This document shows positions 19,283 to 29,037 of a DNA stretch of 64,000 nt, piece by piece. Numbering within the stretch: the stretch's first letter is position 1; each line of letters starts with the position of its first letter. This stretch comes from an uncultured Bacillota bacterium (lineage in GTDB: Bacteria; Bacillota; Clostridia; Tissierellales; Tepidimicrobiaceae): the NCBI GenBank assembly GCA_937967955.1, contig CALBUB010000015.1, positions 758 through 64,757 on the forward strand, in the 5' to 3' direction. The notes under the pieces were generated by a model. It did no database searches and was not told where the DNA came from. It saw only the letters and a list, made by a program, of their open reading frames with translations. Position numbers and translations under genes: made by a program.

Positions 19283-21235
19283 ATGCTAGGAAAAGTTCTT
19301 GGAAACAGATATGAGATAATTGAAAAAGTTGGAGAAGGTGGAATGGCTCTTGTATATAAAGCTAGATGTAGGCTTTTAAATAGATATGTAGCTATAAAAG
19401 TATTAAAGGATGAATTTGTTAATGATGAGGATTTTATTAAAAAGTTCAGGAGAGAGTCTCAAGCTGCTGCTAGTTTATCTCACCCTAATATAGTTAGTAT
19501 ATACGATGTTGGCATGGAAAAAATAGATAACCATGACGTTTATTATATAGTTATGGAGTATATTAAGGGAAAAACCTTGAAAGATTTGATTAAAGAAAAA
19601 AAGAAGTTGTCTTTAGAAGAAACTATAGATTACTCCATTCAGATTGCTGAAGCACTAGAACATGCCCATAAGAACCATATAGTCCATAGAGATATTAAAC
19701 CCCATAATATCATGATAACAGAAGATGGAAGAGTTAAGGTAACAGATTTTGGAATTGCAAGGGCTGCTTCCTTTTCTACTGTTACTAATACATCTACAGT
19801 AGTTGGTTCGGTTCACTATTTTTCTCCTGAACAAGCTAGGGGAAGATATACTGACGAAAAGTCTGATATATATTCCCTTGGAATAGTAATGTATGAAATG
19901 ATTACAGGACGAGTGCCTTTTGAAGGAGATAGTCCCATTTCTGTAGCTTTAAAGCATATTCAAGAGGAAATAGTGCCTCCAAGAGAGCTTGATAGTTCTA
20001 TTCCTTTAGGTTTACAAAACGTTATTTTAAAATGCGTTAAGAAGAATCAAAGTGATAGGTATGCTTCAGCTACCCAATTGCTTTCTGATTTAAGAAAGCT
20101 TAAGTATTCTAATGGTAATGCAGTAATAGGGGGTATAGATCCAGAGGATGAGCCAACTAGGATAATTCCAAGGATTGAAAATAAGGATGAGAAGGTTATA
20201 AAAAATGAAGATAAGGATAATAAAAGAAAAGATACTAAAGATGGAGGACTTAAAGTTATTTTTCTTGCTATTCTGTTGGCCTTTATTGTGGTTAGTTCTT
20301 TAGCTTTGGGCTTTTTTAAGTTTAGAGATTATTTTATTACTAAAGAGGTTACAGTACCTAATTTAGTAGGAATGCACAAGGATGAAGCCCAGGAAGAATT
20401 AGAAAAGCTAGGTTTAAAGTTGAGCGTTGTAGACGAGGTTTATAGTGAAGAGTTTGATGAAGGTATCATTGTATCCCAAAAGGATGAACCGGCCTCTAAA
20501 GTGAAGGAAGGCCATACTATTGAAGTAGTTGTAAGTAAAGGAAAACAATTAGTAAAGGTTCCTAATCTAATAAATAGAAGTATAGAAGAAATCGATAGCA
20601 TACTAAAAGAAGCTGGACTAAAAGAGGGTACTGTTGATTACCAATATAGTGATACGGTACCAGCTAATGTAATAATGGAGCAGGATCCAGCTCCTTTTAC
20701 AGAAGTAGAATATGGCTCTAGAGTCAATCTAATTGTTAGCAGGGGGCCAGAAGTAAAACTTGTTAGAATGCCTGATCTAGTTGGCTTAAGCGAAAGAGCA
20801 GCTAAAAATGCCCTTATAGCCCATGAGTTACTAGTAGGTGAAATAATTAGAGAAGCAAACGATGAGTATAAAGAAGGTGTTGTATTTAGACAAAGTATAA
20901 AGCCTGGACAACAAGTTGAAACTAATACTCCAGTTGATCTATATATAAGTACTGGACCTAAAGAAGAACCTGAACCAGAAGAGCCTAAACCAGAAGAACC
21001 TGTTGAGGATGTGGAAATTCCATTTGTTTATGAAATAACACCTGAAGGAGAAGCTGAGCAAGTAGAAATTAGAATAGACAGAATTCAAGATGGAAAAAGG
21101 CAAACAGTATACAGAAATGTTCATGAAACTATGGGGCAAAAGGTAAAGATTCAATTATCAGGAAAAATAGACTCTAGATTTGAAATATATCAAGATGGTG
21201 AGCTTATTAAGGAAATTCAACATCCTGGAAGATAG
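19283..21235 (+). CDS. prkC: PASTA-domain Ser/Thr protein kinase PrkC
   Basis: Kinase motifs HRDIKPHN and DFGIA, one transmembrane span, three PASTA repeats, a Pro/Glu linker, and a C-terminal beta-rich domain. Confidence 0.93.
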   Translation: MLGKVLGNRYEIIEKVGEGGMALVYKARCRLLNRYVAIKVLKDEFVNDEDFIKKFRRESQAAASLSHPNIVSIYDVGMEKIDNHDVYYIVMEYIKGKTLKDLIKEKKKLSLEETIDYSIQIAEALEHAHKNHIVHRDIKPHNIMITEDGRVKVTDFGIARAASFSTVTNTSTVVGSVHYFSPEQARGRYTDEKSDIYSLGIVMYEMITGRVPFEGDSPISVALKHIQEEIVPPRELDSSIPLGLQNVILKCVKKNQSDRYASATQLLSDLRKLKYSNGNAVIGGIDPEDEPTRIIPRIENKDEKVIKNEDKDNKRKDTKDGGLKVIFLAILLAFIVVSSLALGFFKFRDYFITKEVTVPNLVGMHKDEAQEELEKLGLKLSVVDEVYSEEFDEGIIVSQKDEPASKVKEGHTIEVVVSKGKQLVKVPNLINRSIEEIDSILKEAGLKEGTVDYQYSDTVPANVIMEQDPAPFTEVEYGSRVNLIVSRGPEVKLVRMPDLVGLSERAAKNALIAHELLVGEIIREANDEYKEGVVFRQSIKPGQQVETNTPVDLYISTGPKEEPEPEEPKPEEPVEDVEIPFVYEITPEGEAEQVEIRIDRIQDGKRQTVYRNVHETMGQKVKIQLSGKIDSRFEIYQDGELIKEIQHPGR

Positions 21236-21244
21236 GAGGTTTAC

Positions 21245-22123
21245 ATGATAGAAGGCATCATTACTAAAGGAATTGGTGGTTTTTACTATGTAAAAACTGA
21301 ATCAGAGATTGTTGAATGTAGGGCTAGGGGGATATTTAGAGAGAAAAAGCTGACTCCTTTAGTTGGTGATAGGGTTTTGATTAGAATTAATGAGGAAGAT
21401 AATAAAGGCTATATTGAAGAGATATTAGAAAGAAAAACTTGTCTCATTAGGCCGCCTGTTGCCAACGTAACTCAAGCTATTATAGTTATGAGTATCAAAA
21501 AGCCAAAAATTAATTTATGGCTATTAGATAGATTCCTAGTTATGGCAGAACAAAATAGATTGAATATCCACATCTGTATAAATAAAGTGGATTTAGCAAA
21601 AGATGAAGAGATAAACAGAATATTAGATATATACAATAAGGCAGGGTATAAGGTATTAAAAACTAGTACTAAAACTATGGAAGGAATAGATGAATTAAGA
21701 AGTATTTTAACTAACAATATAAGCGTTTTTGCTGGACCTTCTGGTGTAGGTAAGTCCTCTTTGTTAAACAAAATAAATCCAAAGTTAAAGCTAAAAGCAG
21801 GGGAAGTAAGTAAAAAAACTAATAGGGGAAGGCATACAACCAGACATGTGGAGCTTTTTGAGCTCCATTCTAATAGTTTTGTATTAGATACACCTGGCTT
21901 TAGTTCGTTAAATTTAGACTTTATTAAGGAGCCTGTAGAGTTAAGCAAATATTTTATAGAAATAGATGAATATAGCTATGGCTGTAAATTTAAAGGTTGC
22001 CTACATTATAAAGAACCTAATTGTGAAGTAAAAAGACAGGTGCAAGAAGGGAATATAAGCAAAGAAAGATACACCAACTATATACAGTTTTTGGAGGAAA
22101 TAATCGAAAATAGGAGGTTTTAA
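21245..22123 (+). CDS. rsgA: Ribosome small-subunit biogenesis GTPase RsgA
   Basis: GPSGVGKSSL P-loop; C-terminal zinc cluster CKFKGCLHYKEPNC. Confidence 0.92.
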   Translation: MIEGIITKGIGGFYYVKTESEIVECRARGIFREKKLTPLVGDRVLIRINEEDNKGYIEEILERKTCLIRPPVANVTQAIIVMSIKKPKINLWLLDRFLVMAEQNRLNIHICINKVDLAKDEEINRILDIYNKAGYKVLKTSTKTMEGIDELRSILTNNISVFAGPSGVGKSSLLNKINPKLKLKAGEVSKKTNRGRHTTRHVELFELHSNSFVLDTPGFSSLNLDFIKEPVELSKYFIEIDEYSYGCKFKGCLHYKEPNCEVKRQVQEGNISKERYTNYIQFLEEIIENRRF

Positions 22124-22124
22124 G

Positions 22125-22769
22125 ATGGTTCAAGTTGCACCTTCCATTCTTTCTGCTGACTTTTCTAATTTGGAAGAGGAGATATTAAAATTGGAAAAAG
22201 GTGGAGCTGACTATATACATTTAGATGTGATGGACGGTATTTTTGTTCCTAATATAACTTTTGGCTCTCCTGTTATTAAAAATATAAGGAAGGTTACAGA
22301 CATACCCTTTGATGTACATCTTATGATAGATAAGCCTGAAAGATATATTAAAGATTTTGTTGATGCAGGGGCTAATATTATTACTATCCATCAAGAAGCT
22401 ACTACCCATTTGCATAGAACAATAGAGTTAATTAAATCTTATGGCGTTAAAGCAGGGGTTGCTTTAAATCCTGCAACACCTTTGGAAACCATCGAATATG
22501 TTTTAGAATATATAGACTTAATATTGATTATGACAGTAAACCCAGGCTTTGGTGGACAGAAGTTTATAGATTCTACTAAAAGAAAAATAATAAAAGCTAG
22601 GGAAATGGTAAAAGAGAGGAACTTAAATATTTTAATAGAAGCTGATGGCGGAATTAAGCTGGATAACTTCAAAGAAATAGTTGCTTGTGGCTTAGATATA
22701 ATAGTAGTAGGTTCAGGTATATTTGATGCTGATGACATAGTTGAAAGAACTAAAATGTTTAAAAACTAA
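22125..22769 (+). CDS. rpe: Ribulose-phosphate 3-epimerase
   Basis: PSILSADF and MTVNPGFGGQ motifs. Confidence 0.95.
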   Translation: MVQVAPSILSADFSNLEEEILKLEKGGADYIHLDVMDGIFVPNITFGSPVIKNIRKVTDIPFDVHLMIDKPERYIKDFVDAGANIITIHQEATTHLHRTIELIKSYGVKAGVALNPATPLETIEYVLEYIDLILIMTVNPGFGGQKFIDSTKRKIIKAREMVKERNLNILIEADGGIKLDNFKEIVACGLDIIVVGSGIFDADDIVERTKMFKN

Positions 22770-22773
22770 TATA

Positions 22774-22802
22774 TTGTTTAAACATTTAATATATGCTATA
22801 AT
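22774..22802 (+). promoter_or_regulatory. Sigma-A type promoter for the TPP-riboswitch transcript
   Basis: TTGTTT (22774-22779), 17-nt spacer, TGcTATAAT extended -10 (TATAAT 22797-22802). Confidence 0.55.
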
Positions 22803-22827
22803 TATAAGTAAAACTGAATATATGTAT

Positions 22828-22911
22828 CACTAGGGGAGCCCTATGGGCTGAGAGGGGACTTGCGTCCCGACCCTTAGCACCTGATCTAGGTAATGCTAGC
22901 GCAGGGAAGTG
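22828..22911 (+). promoter_or_regulatory. TPP (THI-box) riboswitch aptamer
   Basis: CACTAGGGGAGCC..GGGCTGAGA..ACCCTTAGCACCTGATCTAGGTAATGCTAGCGCAGGGAAGTG matches the THI-box signature (CUGAGA; ACCUGAUCUGGAUAAUGCCAGCG). P1 is closed by CAC/GTG. Confidence 0.9.
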
Positions 22912-22938
22912 AAATTTATATTTTGCTTGACTGTTTGT

Positions 22939-22978
22939 TACCCATTGCCTATTTCAGGTGATGGGTATTAATTTTTTT
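22939..22978 (+). terminator. Riboswitch expression-platform terminator
   Basis: 12-bp stem TACCCATTGCCT / AGGTGATGGGTA (two G-U pairs), loop ATTTC, tail TTAATTTTTTT, directly before the thiT SD. Confidence 0.75.
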
Positions 22979-22991
22979 AGGGGGGTTATAT

Positions 22992-23531
22992 ATGAAAAAG
23001 TGGAGTACAAAGATGTTAGTAGAAGCAGGAATAATGATTGCTTTGGCCCTGGTGCTGGATAAAATTAAGGTATATGAAGCACCTCAAGGAGGCTCAGTAA
23101 CAGCAGGCAGTATGGTACCTATATTCATATTTGCCTTTAGGTGGGGTTTAGGACCAGGAATAATTGCAGGTACAATATTTGGTCTTATGCAACTTTTATT
23201 AGGTGGTTGGATTTTTACACCAATCCAAGCTATATTAGAATATCCAATTGCTTTTGGAAGCTTAGGATTGGCTGGAATTTTTTCAAATAAAGTACATGAC
23301 GAAAAAAAGAATCGTTTAATAGGAATTATACCTGGAGTGTTGCTAGGAATAGGTATTAGATTTTTATGCCATTTTATTGCTGGAGTTGTGTTTTTCAGTG
23401 AATATGCTGGAGACCAGCATCCATGGTTATATTCCTTTATGTATCAGGTTAGCTATCTAGTCCCCGAAATTATCATCTCAGTAATAGTACTATATTTAAT
23501 ATGGAAACCTATAAGTAAGGTTAATAGATAG
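22992..23531 (+). CDS. thiT: Thiamine transporter ThiT (ECF-type S component)
   Basis: 179 aa, about six hydrophobic spans. Immediately downstream of the TPP riboswitch and upstream of thiamine pyrophosphokinase. Confidence 0.85.
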   Translation: MKKWSTKMLVEAGIMIALALVLDKIKVYEAPQGGSVTAGSMVPIFIFAFRWGLGPGIIAGTIFGLMQLLLGGWIFTPIQAILEYPIAFGSLGLAGIFSNKVHDEKKNRLIGIIPGVLLGIGIRFLCHFIAGVVFFSEYAGDQHPWLYSFMYQVSYLVPEIIISVIVLYLIWKPISKVNR

Positions 23532-23549
23532 TAGAGGAAGGTAAGTAAA

Positions 23550-24185
23550 TTGAAAGGCTTAATTGTTTTAAATGGTAAAATAGAGGATATAGAAACCCTT
23601 AAAGAAATAGGTAACAATTCTGATTTTATACTGTCTGCAGATGGAGGAACTGATTATTGTTTTAAAGCTGGTTTAATTCCCAATGTGGTAATAGGGGACT
23701 TAGATTCAATTACTGAAAATAGCTTAAAAACTATTCAAGAAAAAAATATACCTATTGAAAAATTTCCTGTAAAAAAGGATAAAACTGACTCTGAATTAGC
23801 TATTGACCACCTAATAGACATGGGGATTAAAGACATAACACTCCTTGGAGCTACTGGAAGTAGAATGGATCATACTCTAGCAAATATTTTTCTTCTAAGA
23901 AGGATACTAGAAAAAGGTGCAAAAGGAAAGATAATTGACAAATACAATACTATATATTTAGTAGATGATGAACTGGTTTTAAAAAAAAGAGAAGGTTTCT
24001 TTGTATCCTTGCTTCCAATAGAGCCAGATGGAATTATTGTATCTTTACATGGCTTTGAATATGAGTTAGATAGGGTTAAAATTGAATTTGGTGCAACCCA
24101 TGGAATAAGTAATCGAGTAATAAAAGAAGAAGGGCTTATCAAGCTTCATAAGGGCAAGTGTTATGTGATTGTAACTAGAGATTAG
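23550..24185 (+). CDS. thiN: Thiamine pyrophosphokinase
   Basis: ADGG..VIGDLDS motif and a C-terminal thiamine-binding domain. TTG start. Confidence 0.9.
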   Translation: MKGLIVLNGKIEDIETLKEIGNNSDFILSADGGTDYCFKAGLIPNVVIGDLDSITENSLKTIQEKNIPIEKFPVKKDKTDSELAIDHLIDMGIKDITLLGATGSRMDHTLANIFLLRRILEKGAKGKIIDKYNTIYLVDDELVLKKREGFFVSLLPIEPDGIIVSLHGFEYELDRVKIEFGATHGISNRVIKEEGLIKLHKGKCYVIVTRD

Positions 24186-24216
24186 GCAAGCTTATTTAAG
24201 CTTGCCTTTTATTTAT
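24184..24216 (+). terminator. Rho-independent terminator after thiN
   Basis: AGGCAAGCTT / AAGCTTGCCT stem followed by TTTTATTTAT. Confidence 0.8.
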
Positions 24217-24284
24217 ACAATTTATGTAACACGTACAAAATTTGCAGAATAATATAGATTATACAGATATATTGAGGTGATTTT

Positions 24285-24443
24285 ATGAAAAGATTTTATT
24301 ATCGGTATAAAACTAAAAAGCTGTTGGGATTAGTGTTAGCAATTATAGGGTGTTTGATAGTTATTAATGTGCTTCCTGTAGAATTTTTATTGTTCCTAAT
24401 AGGCTTGGTACTAGTAATACTAGGTATATTAGTATTAAAATAG
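24285..24443 (+). CDS. Unannotated 52-codon ORF, predicted two-helix small membrane protein
   Basis: SD GAGGTGA, then ATG 24285. Product MKRFYYRYKTKKLLGLVLAIIGCLIVINVLPVEFLLFLIGLVLVILGILVLK: basic N-terminus plus two hydrophobic helices. Stop TAG 24441-24443 is followed by a terminator. Below the track size cut-off. Confidence 0.5.
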   Translation: MKRFYYRYKTKKLLGLVLAIIGCLIVINVLPVEFLLFLIGLVLVILGILVLK

Positions 24444-24446
24444 AAC

Positions 24447-24490
24447 AGGCTTCCATTTATCTCGTATAAATGGGAAGCCTATTTTTTTAT
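24447..24490. terminator. Bidirectional terminator shared by the small ORF (+) and rpmB (-)
   Basis: AGGCTTCCATTTAT / ATAAATGGGAAGCCT stem with one bulge, loop CTCGT, tail ATTTTTTTAT. Confidence 0.75.
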
Positions 24491-24678
24491 AAAGCCCTTT
24501 CTACTTTTCCAGACTTTAAACATCTTGTACAAACATTAATTCTCTTAGTTGTTCCGTTTACAACAGCTCTTATTCTTCTTACGTTTGGAGCCCAACTTCT
24601 ATTGCTCTTTTTATTTGAAAAAGTTACCTTGTTTCCAAACACCCTTGATTTTCCACAAACATCACATCTCTTTGCCAC
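24487..24678 (-). CDS. rpmB: 50S ribosomal protein L28
   Basis: (M)AKRCDVCGK..NVRR.. signature. AAGGAGGTG lies 6 nt before GTG 24678; the track start is a GTG inside the SD itself. Confidence 0.93.
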   Translation of the reverse strand: MAKRCDVCGKSRVFGNKVTFSNKKSNRSWAPNVRRIRAVVNGTTKRINVCTRCLKSGKVERAL

Positions 24679-24811
24679 GAAGAACACCTCCTTGTTATTG
24701 AGAAAATATAGGCATATTTTACTCCATTTTATAATAACATATTATATTGTAACACATTAAATTATAGTAATGCAACTGTTATTATGGTAAAAGATAGTTT
24801 TTGGTATTTAG

Positions 24812-24840
24812 TTGAACAATTTTTGATAATAGGGTAAAAT
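24812..24840 (+). promoter_or_regulatory. Sigma-A type promoter for asp23-yloV
   Basis: TTGAAC (24812-24817), 17-nt spacer, TAAAAT (24835-24840). Confidence 0.5.
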
Positions 24841-24880
24841 ATACCCATAAAAATATTTTTCATTGAGGAGGCGATAATTA

Positions 24881-25237
24881 GTGCCAGCCAGAGACAAAAA
24901 CCAATATGGTTACATTGATATAGATGACAATGTAATAGCTACTATTGCTGGGCTTTCAGCTATGGAGAGTTACGGAATAGTTGGTATGGCTAGTAAAAAA
25001 GCTACCGATGGAATTTTTGAATTGTTAAAAAGAGAAAATCTATCTAAAGGAGTTAAAGTATATACGGATAATAACGAAGTAGTAATAGACTTACACGTAA
25101 TATTACAGTATGGCATTAGAATTTCAGTTGTAGCAGAAAATATTATAGAAAAAGTTAAATTTAATGTTGAAAACTTGACTGGCTTAAAAGTTAGACAAGT
25201 AAATGTTTATGTGCAAGGAATTAGAGTAGAAAAGTAG
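24881..25237 (+). CDS. yloU: Asp23/Gls24-family envelope stress protein (YloU-like)
   Basis: IAGLSAMESYGIVGM motif. GTG start after GAGGAGG. Paired with a DAK2-domain gene. Confidence 0.9.
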   Translation: MPARDKNQYGYIDIDDNVIATIAGLSAMESYGIVGMASKKATDGIFELLKRENLSKGVKVYTDNNEVVIDLHVILQYGIRISVVAENIIEKVKFNVENLTGLKVRQVNVYVQGIRVEK

Positions 25238-25254
25238 TTTAAGGAGGTACTAAA

Positions 25255-26874
25255 TTGAAACTAACATATATAGATGGAATAATGCTTAAAAAAGCATTTA
25301 TTGGGGCTGTTAACTTTTTGGAAAAAAATAAAGAAGAGGTTAACAGCTTGAATGTGTTTCCTGTACCTGATGGGGATACTGGAACTAATATGCATTTGAC
25401 AATAAAATCTGCAGTTAACCAAGTGTTAAAAATAGATGATACAAGCGTTGGTAAAATAGCCCTTGCTGCAAGTAATGGCTCACTAATGGGAGCAAGGGGA
25501 AATTCAGGAGTTATACTATCCCAATTATTTAGAGGCTTTGCTAATGCTTTAAAGGGAAAAGACACTGCAGATGTAATGGATATTGCTAATGCTTTTAAAC
25601 AAGCTGCAGACACTGCTTATAAAGCTGTAATGAAGCCTACAGAAGGAACCATATTGACTGTAGCTAGAAAGGCTGCAGAGTATGGTTTAGAAATTGCTAG
25701 GGAAGAAACGGATATAGTGGTTTTCCTAGAAAAGGTGATTAAAAGAGGAAACCAAGTAGTTAATGAGACACCAGAAATGTTACCAGTACTAAAGGAAGCA
25801 GGAGTTGTTGATGCTGGTGGTAAAGGACTTATGGTTATATTAACAGGGGCATATAATGCTATAACATATAAGGAAGCAATAGAAGATGAATTACTAAAGG
25901 TAGAAGTTACTGAACCTAAAACTGTGTCCCATGAAGCCCTTGATTCAGATATAAAATATGGTTATTGTACAGAGTTTATAATAAATACTAACGTAGATGA
26001 CTATGGGGCTTTCAGGAATGAGTTGTCCCAGTATGGAGATTCGCTATTAGTTGTAGGTGGAGAAGGTATAATAAAAGTACACATTCACACTAACAATCCC
26101 GGATTAGTTTTAGAAAAAGCTTTAAATTTAGGAGAACTAAACGATATAAAGATAGACAATATGAGGTATCAGCATAGACATATTATAGAGGAAAGTGCTA
26201 AAGAAACAGAAGAACAGAAGGAGTATAGCTTTATAGCTGTTTCTGTAGGAGAAGGGATTAATAATATATTCAAGGAATTGAATGTGGACTATATTATCCC
26301 TGGCGGGCAGACTATGAATCCTAGTACAGAAGATATACTTAATGCAGTTAATAAGGTTAATGGAAAAAATATAATCGTATTTCCCAATAATGGGAATATA
26401 ATACTAGCAGCAGAACAAGCAAGGGAGCTAAGCGACAAAAATGTATATATAATACCAACAAAAACTATACCTGAAGCTATATCAAGTTTGCTGGCATTTA
26501 ATCCTGAACTTAGTGTAGAAGAGAATATAGAAAATATGACTGAAGCAATGAACCATGTTGTTACAGGCCAAGTGACCTATTCTGTTAGGGATTCTGAAAT
26601 AAATAATAAGAAGATAAACAAAGACGATATAATTGGTATTTCAAAAGGAGAAATAATTTCTAATGGTGGCAATATAGAGGAGGTATCTGTAGAACTTGTA
26701 AAAAACTTAGTAAAAGAAGACTCCTCATTGATAACCATCTTCTATGGCGATAATATAGAAGAAGAGGAAGCCAATAAATTAGGTGAAAGGTTGCAGGAAG
26801 AGTTTGAGGATATAGATGTGGAAGTAATATTCGGTGGTCAGCCAATATACTATTATATATTCTCAATAGAATAA
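25255..26874 (+). CDS. yloV: DAK2-domain protein YloV (DegV-interacting / fatty-acid kinase-like family)
   Basis: PDGDTGTNM Dak phosphatase motif. 539 aa. TTG start after AAGGAGG. Confidence 0.92.
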   Translation: MKLTYIDGIMLKKAFIGAVNFLEKNKEEVNSLNVFPVPDGDTGTNMHLTIKSAVNQVLKIDDTSVGKIALAASNGSLMGARGNSGVILSQLFRGFANALKGKDTADVMDIANAFKQAADTAYKAVMKPTEGTILTVARKAAEYGLEIAREETDIVVFLEKVIKRGNQVVNETPEMLPVLKEAGVVDAGGKGLMVILTGAYNAITYKEAIEDELLKVEVTEPKTVSHEALDSDIKYGYCTEFIINTNVDDYGAFRNELSQYGDSLLVVGGEGIIKVHIHTNNPGLVLEKALNLGELNDIKIDNMRYQHRHIIEESAKETEEQKEYSFIAVSVGEGINNIFKELNVDYIIPGGQTMNPSTEDILNAVNKVNGKNIIVFPNNGNIILAAEQARELSDKNVYIIPTKTIPEAISSLLAFNPELSVEENIENMTEAMNHVVTGQVTYSVRDSEINNKKINKDDIIGISKGEIISNGGNIEEVSVELVKNLVKEDSSLITIFYGDNIEEEEANKLGERLQEEFEDIDVEVIFGGQPIYYYIFSIE

Positions 26875-26880
26875 TTAGTT

Positions 26881-26908
26881 CCCTACCAGTAGGTAGGGTG
26901 TTTTGTTT
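26881..26908 (+). terminator. Rho-independent terminator after yloV
   Basis: CCCTACC-AGTA-GGTAGGG hairpin followed by TGTTTTGTTT. Confidence 0.75.
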
Positions 26909-26935
26909 AAAAGATAAGTACATGAGGGGATTAAA

Positions 26936-28978
26936 ATGGATGTACAATATATAAAAGGTGTTGGACCTAAAAGGGCTGCTCAACTTAAAAAGCTTAATAT
27001 AGCTACAGTAGAGGATTTGTTGTATTTTGCTCCTAAGGAATATGATGACCGAACCCAATTTAAATACATAAAGGATTGTGTTGATGGGGAAAAGGTAAGC
27101 CTTAAAGTCCAAATATGTGGCTATCCTATTAAGCAAAAACCCAGGAGGAATCTAACAATAATAAAGGTTCCTGTAAGGGATAAAAGTGGACAAGCAATGC
27201 TTGTCTGGTTTAATCAAGATTATATTATTAGCAAATTATCCTTAGGAGATATAGTGATAGTAAATGGTAAAATAAATATTTTTAGAAGACAAGTCCAAAT
27301 AATGAATCCTGTTTTGGATAAGGGAGAAGGGGAAAAAGTAGGGAGGATAATACCAATATATTCCTTAAAAGGAAAGCTTACTAATAACGAAATGATAAGG
27401 ATAATTAAAAATGCAATTAAAGACCACATAAATACTATTCCAGAAAGATTACCAGAATATATAAGAGAGGAGTTGTCTTTACTACCTATTAGGGAAGCCA
27501 TATTGAACATCCATTTTCCTAAAAGTAAAAAGCACTATTTAGAAGCTAGAAGAAGGCTTGCTTTTGAAGAACTGCTTACACTGCAGTTGGGCCTGTTTTT
27601 AATAAAAAATAGGACCAAGGAGTTGAACAGAGGTATTAAATTTCCTCCTGTAGAGGAAGTTTACCAATTTATAGATAATCTTCCCTTTAGGCTTACCAAT
27701 GCCCAATTGAGAACCTTTAAAGAGATAGAAGAAGATATGGAAAAGCAACAGCAGATGAATAGATTGGTACAAGGGGATGTAGGTTCTGGAAAGACTATTG
27801 TGGCAATACTAGCTATGTTTAAAGCTTGGAAAGCAGGTTATCAATCGGTTATGATGGCTCCCACAGAAATACTTGCAACCCAACATTATGAAACCATATG
27901 CAAATTTTTAGATAGCTATGGTGTTGTGTGCAGACTATTAGTAGGAAGCCTTTCACCAAAGAAAAAAGAAGAAATACTAGAAGAGCTTAGGGAAGGAAAA
28001 GTAGATATTTTAGTAGGGACCCATGCTGTTATACAAGATAATGTGAAGTTTAAAAATTTAGGATTAGCAATAACAGATGAACAACATAGGTTTGGAGTAA
28101 GGCAAAGAGCAGCTTTAAGCCAAAAAGGAGAAAATCCGGATATATTAGTAATGACAGCTACCCCAATTCCCAGAACTTTAGGGCTTATCCTCTATGGGGA
28201 TTTGGATATTTCTATTATTGATGAATTGCCACCAGGAAGGAAAGAAATAAAAACCTATGTAGTTAATTCTAATATGATAGATAGGGTAAATGAATTTGTA
28301 AGAAAACATATTCTTGAGGGTAGGCAAGCTTATATAGTGGCGCCACTGATAGAAGAAAGTGATACCCTTGATGTAAAATCTGCAGAAGAAATATATAGCC
28401 ATTTAAAAGATAAAGTTTTTAGTGAGTTTAAAGTTGGTTTATTACATGGCAAAATGCCTCCTCAAGAAAAAGAAGATATTATGGAAAAGTTTGCAAATAG
28501 GGATTTGGATATTTTAGTTTCAACTACAGTTATTGAGGTAGGAGTTAATGTTCCCAATGCAAATATAATGGTAATTTATAATGCAGAAAGGTTTGGTTTA
28601 GCCCAGCTCCATCAGTTAAGAGGAAGGGTTGGTAGAGGTGATTATCAATCTTACTGTATTTTAATAAATGAAAGCAATAGTAAAATATCCAGAGAGAGAA
28701 TGAGGATAATGCAAAAGACTACCGATGGTTTTTATATATCAGAAAAGGATTTAGAGTTAAGAGGACCTGGTGATTTCTTTGGTACAAGACAACATGGTTT
28801 ACCAGATTTAAAAATTGCCAACCTATTTTCAGATATGAATCTATTAAAGCTGGCACAAAAAAAGGCTCAAGATATATTGGAAGAAGATGCTTTACTTTTA
28901 GATGAGAAGCATTTCTTGTTAAGGCAGAGCATTATAGACTTGTTTAAGGATAGGATTAATGATTTAATTTTTAACTAA
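26936..28978 (+). CDS. recG: ATP-dependent DNA helicase RecG
   Basis: Wedge domain plus helicase motifs GDVGSGKT and TDEQHRFG. Confidence 0.95.
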   Translation: MDVQYIKGVGPKRAAQLKKLNIATVEDLLYFAPKEYDDRTQFKYIKDCVDGEKVSLKVQICGYPIKQKPRRNLTIIKVPVRDKSGQAMLVWFNQDYIISKLSLGDIVIVNGKINIFRRQVQIMNPVLDKGEGEKVGRIIPIYSLKGKLTNNEMIRIIKNAIKDHINTIPERLPEYIREELSLLPIREAILNIHFPKSKKHYLEARRRLAFEELLTLQLGLFLIKNRTKELNRGIKFPPVEEVYQFIDNLPFRLTNAQLRTFKEIEEDMEKQQQMNRLVQGDVGSGKTIVAILAMFKAWKAGYQSVMMAPTEILATQHYETICKFLDSYGVVCRLLVGSLSPKKKEEILEELREGKVDILVGTHAVIQDNVKFKNLGLAITDEQHRFGVRQRAALSQKGENPDILVMTATPIPRTLGLILYGDLDISIIDELPPGRKEIKTYVVNSNMIDRVNEFVRKHILEGRQAYIVAPLIEESDTLDVKSAEEIYSHLKDKVFSEFKVGLLHGKMPPQEKEDIMEKFANRDLDILVSTTVIEVGVNVPNANIMVIYNAERFGLAQLHQLRGRVGRGDYQSYCILINESNSKISRERMRIMQKTTDGFYISEKDLELRGPGDFFGTRQHGLPDLKIANLFSDMNLLKLAQKKAQDILEEDALLLDEKHFLLRQSIIDLFKDRINDLIFN

Positions 28979-29037
28979 TACTATTTATATAAATAAAAAA
29001 TATGTTAAAATATATCTAGCATAATTGGGGTGATTAT

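Noticed and set aside
20950-21235. Pro/Glu-rich repeat (PKEEPEPEEPKPEEP) and an extra ~90-aa domain after the third PASTA repeat of PrkC.
   Set aside because: It looks like a flexible linker plus the additional C-terminal beta domain also present in B. subtilis PrkC. No evidence of a fusion or a mobile insertion.
22753-22787. Perfect 11-bp inverted repeat AAATGTTTAAA / TTTAAACATTT spanning the rpe stop and the -35 of the riboswitch promoter.
   Set aside because: The stem is almost entirely A/T (one G-C pair), the loop is 13 nt, and there is no T tail. Such palindromes arise easily in AT-rich DNA, so I cannot support a terminator or operator call.
24470-24760. 96-aa plus-strand ORF overlapping rpmB.
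   Set aside because: It is the mirror frame of the L28 gene, whose sequence is unmistakable. It starts inside the bidirectional terminator and has no SD.
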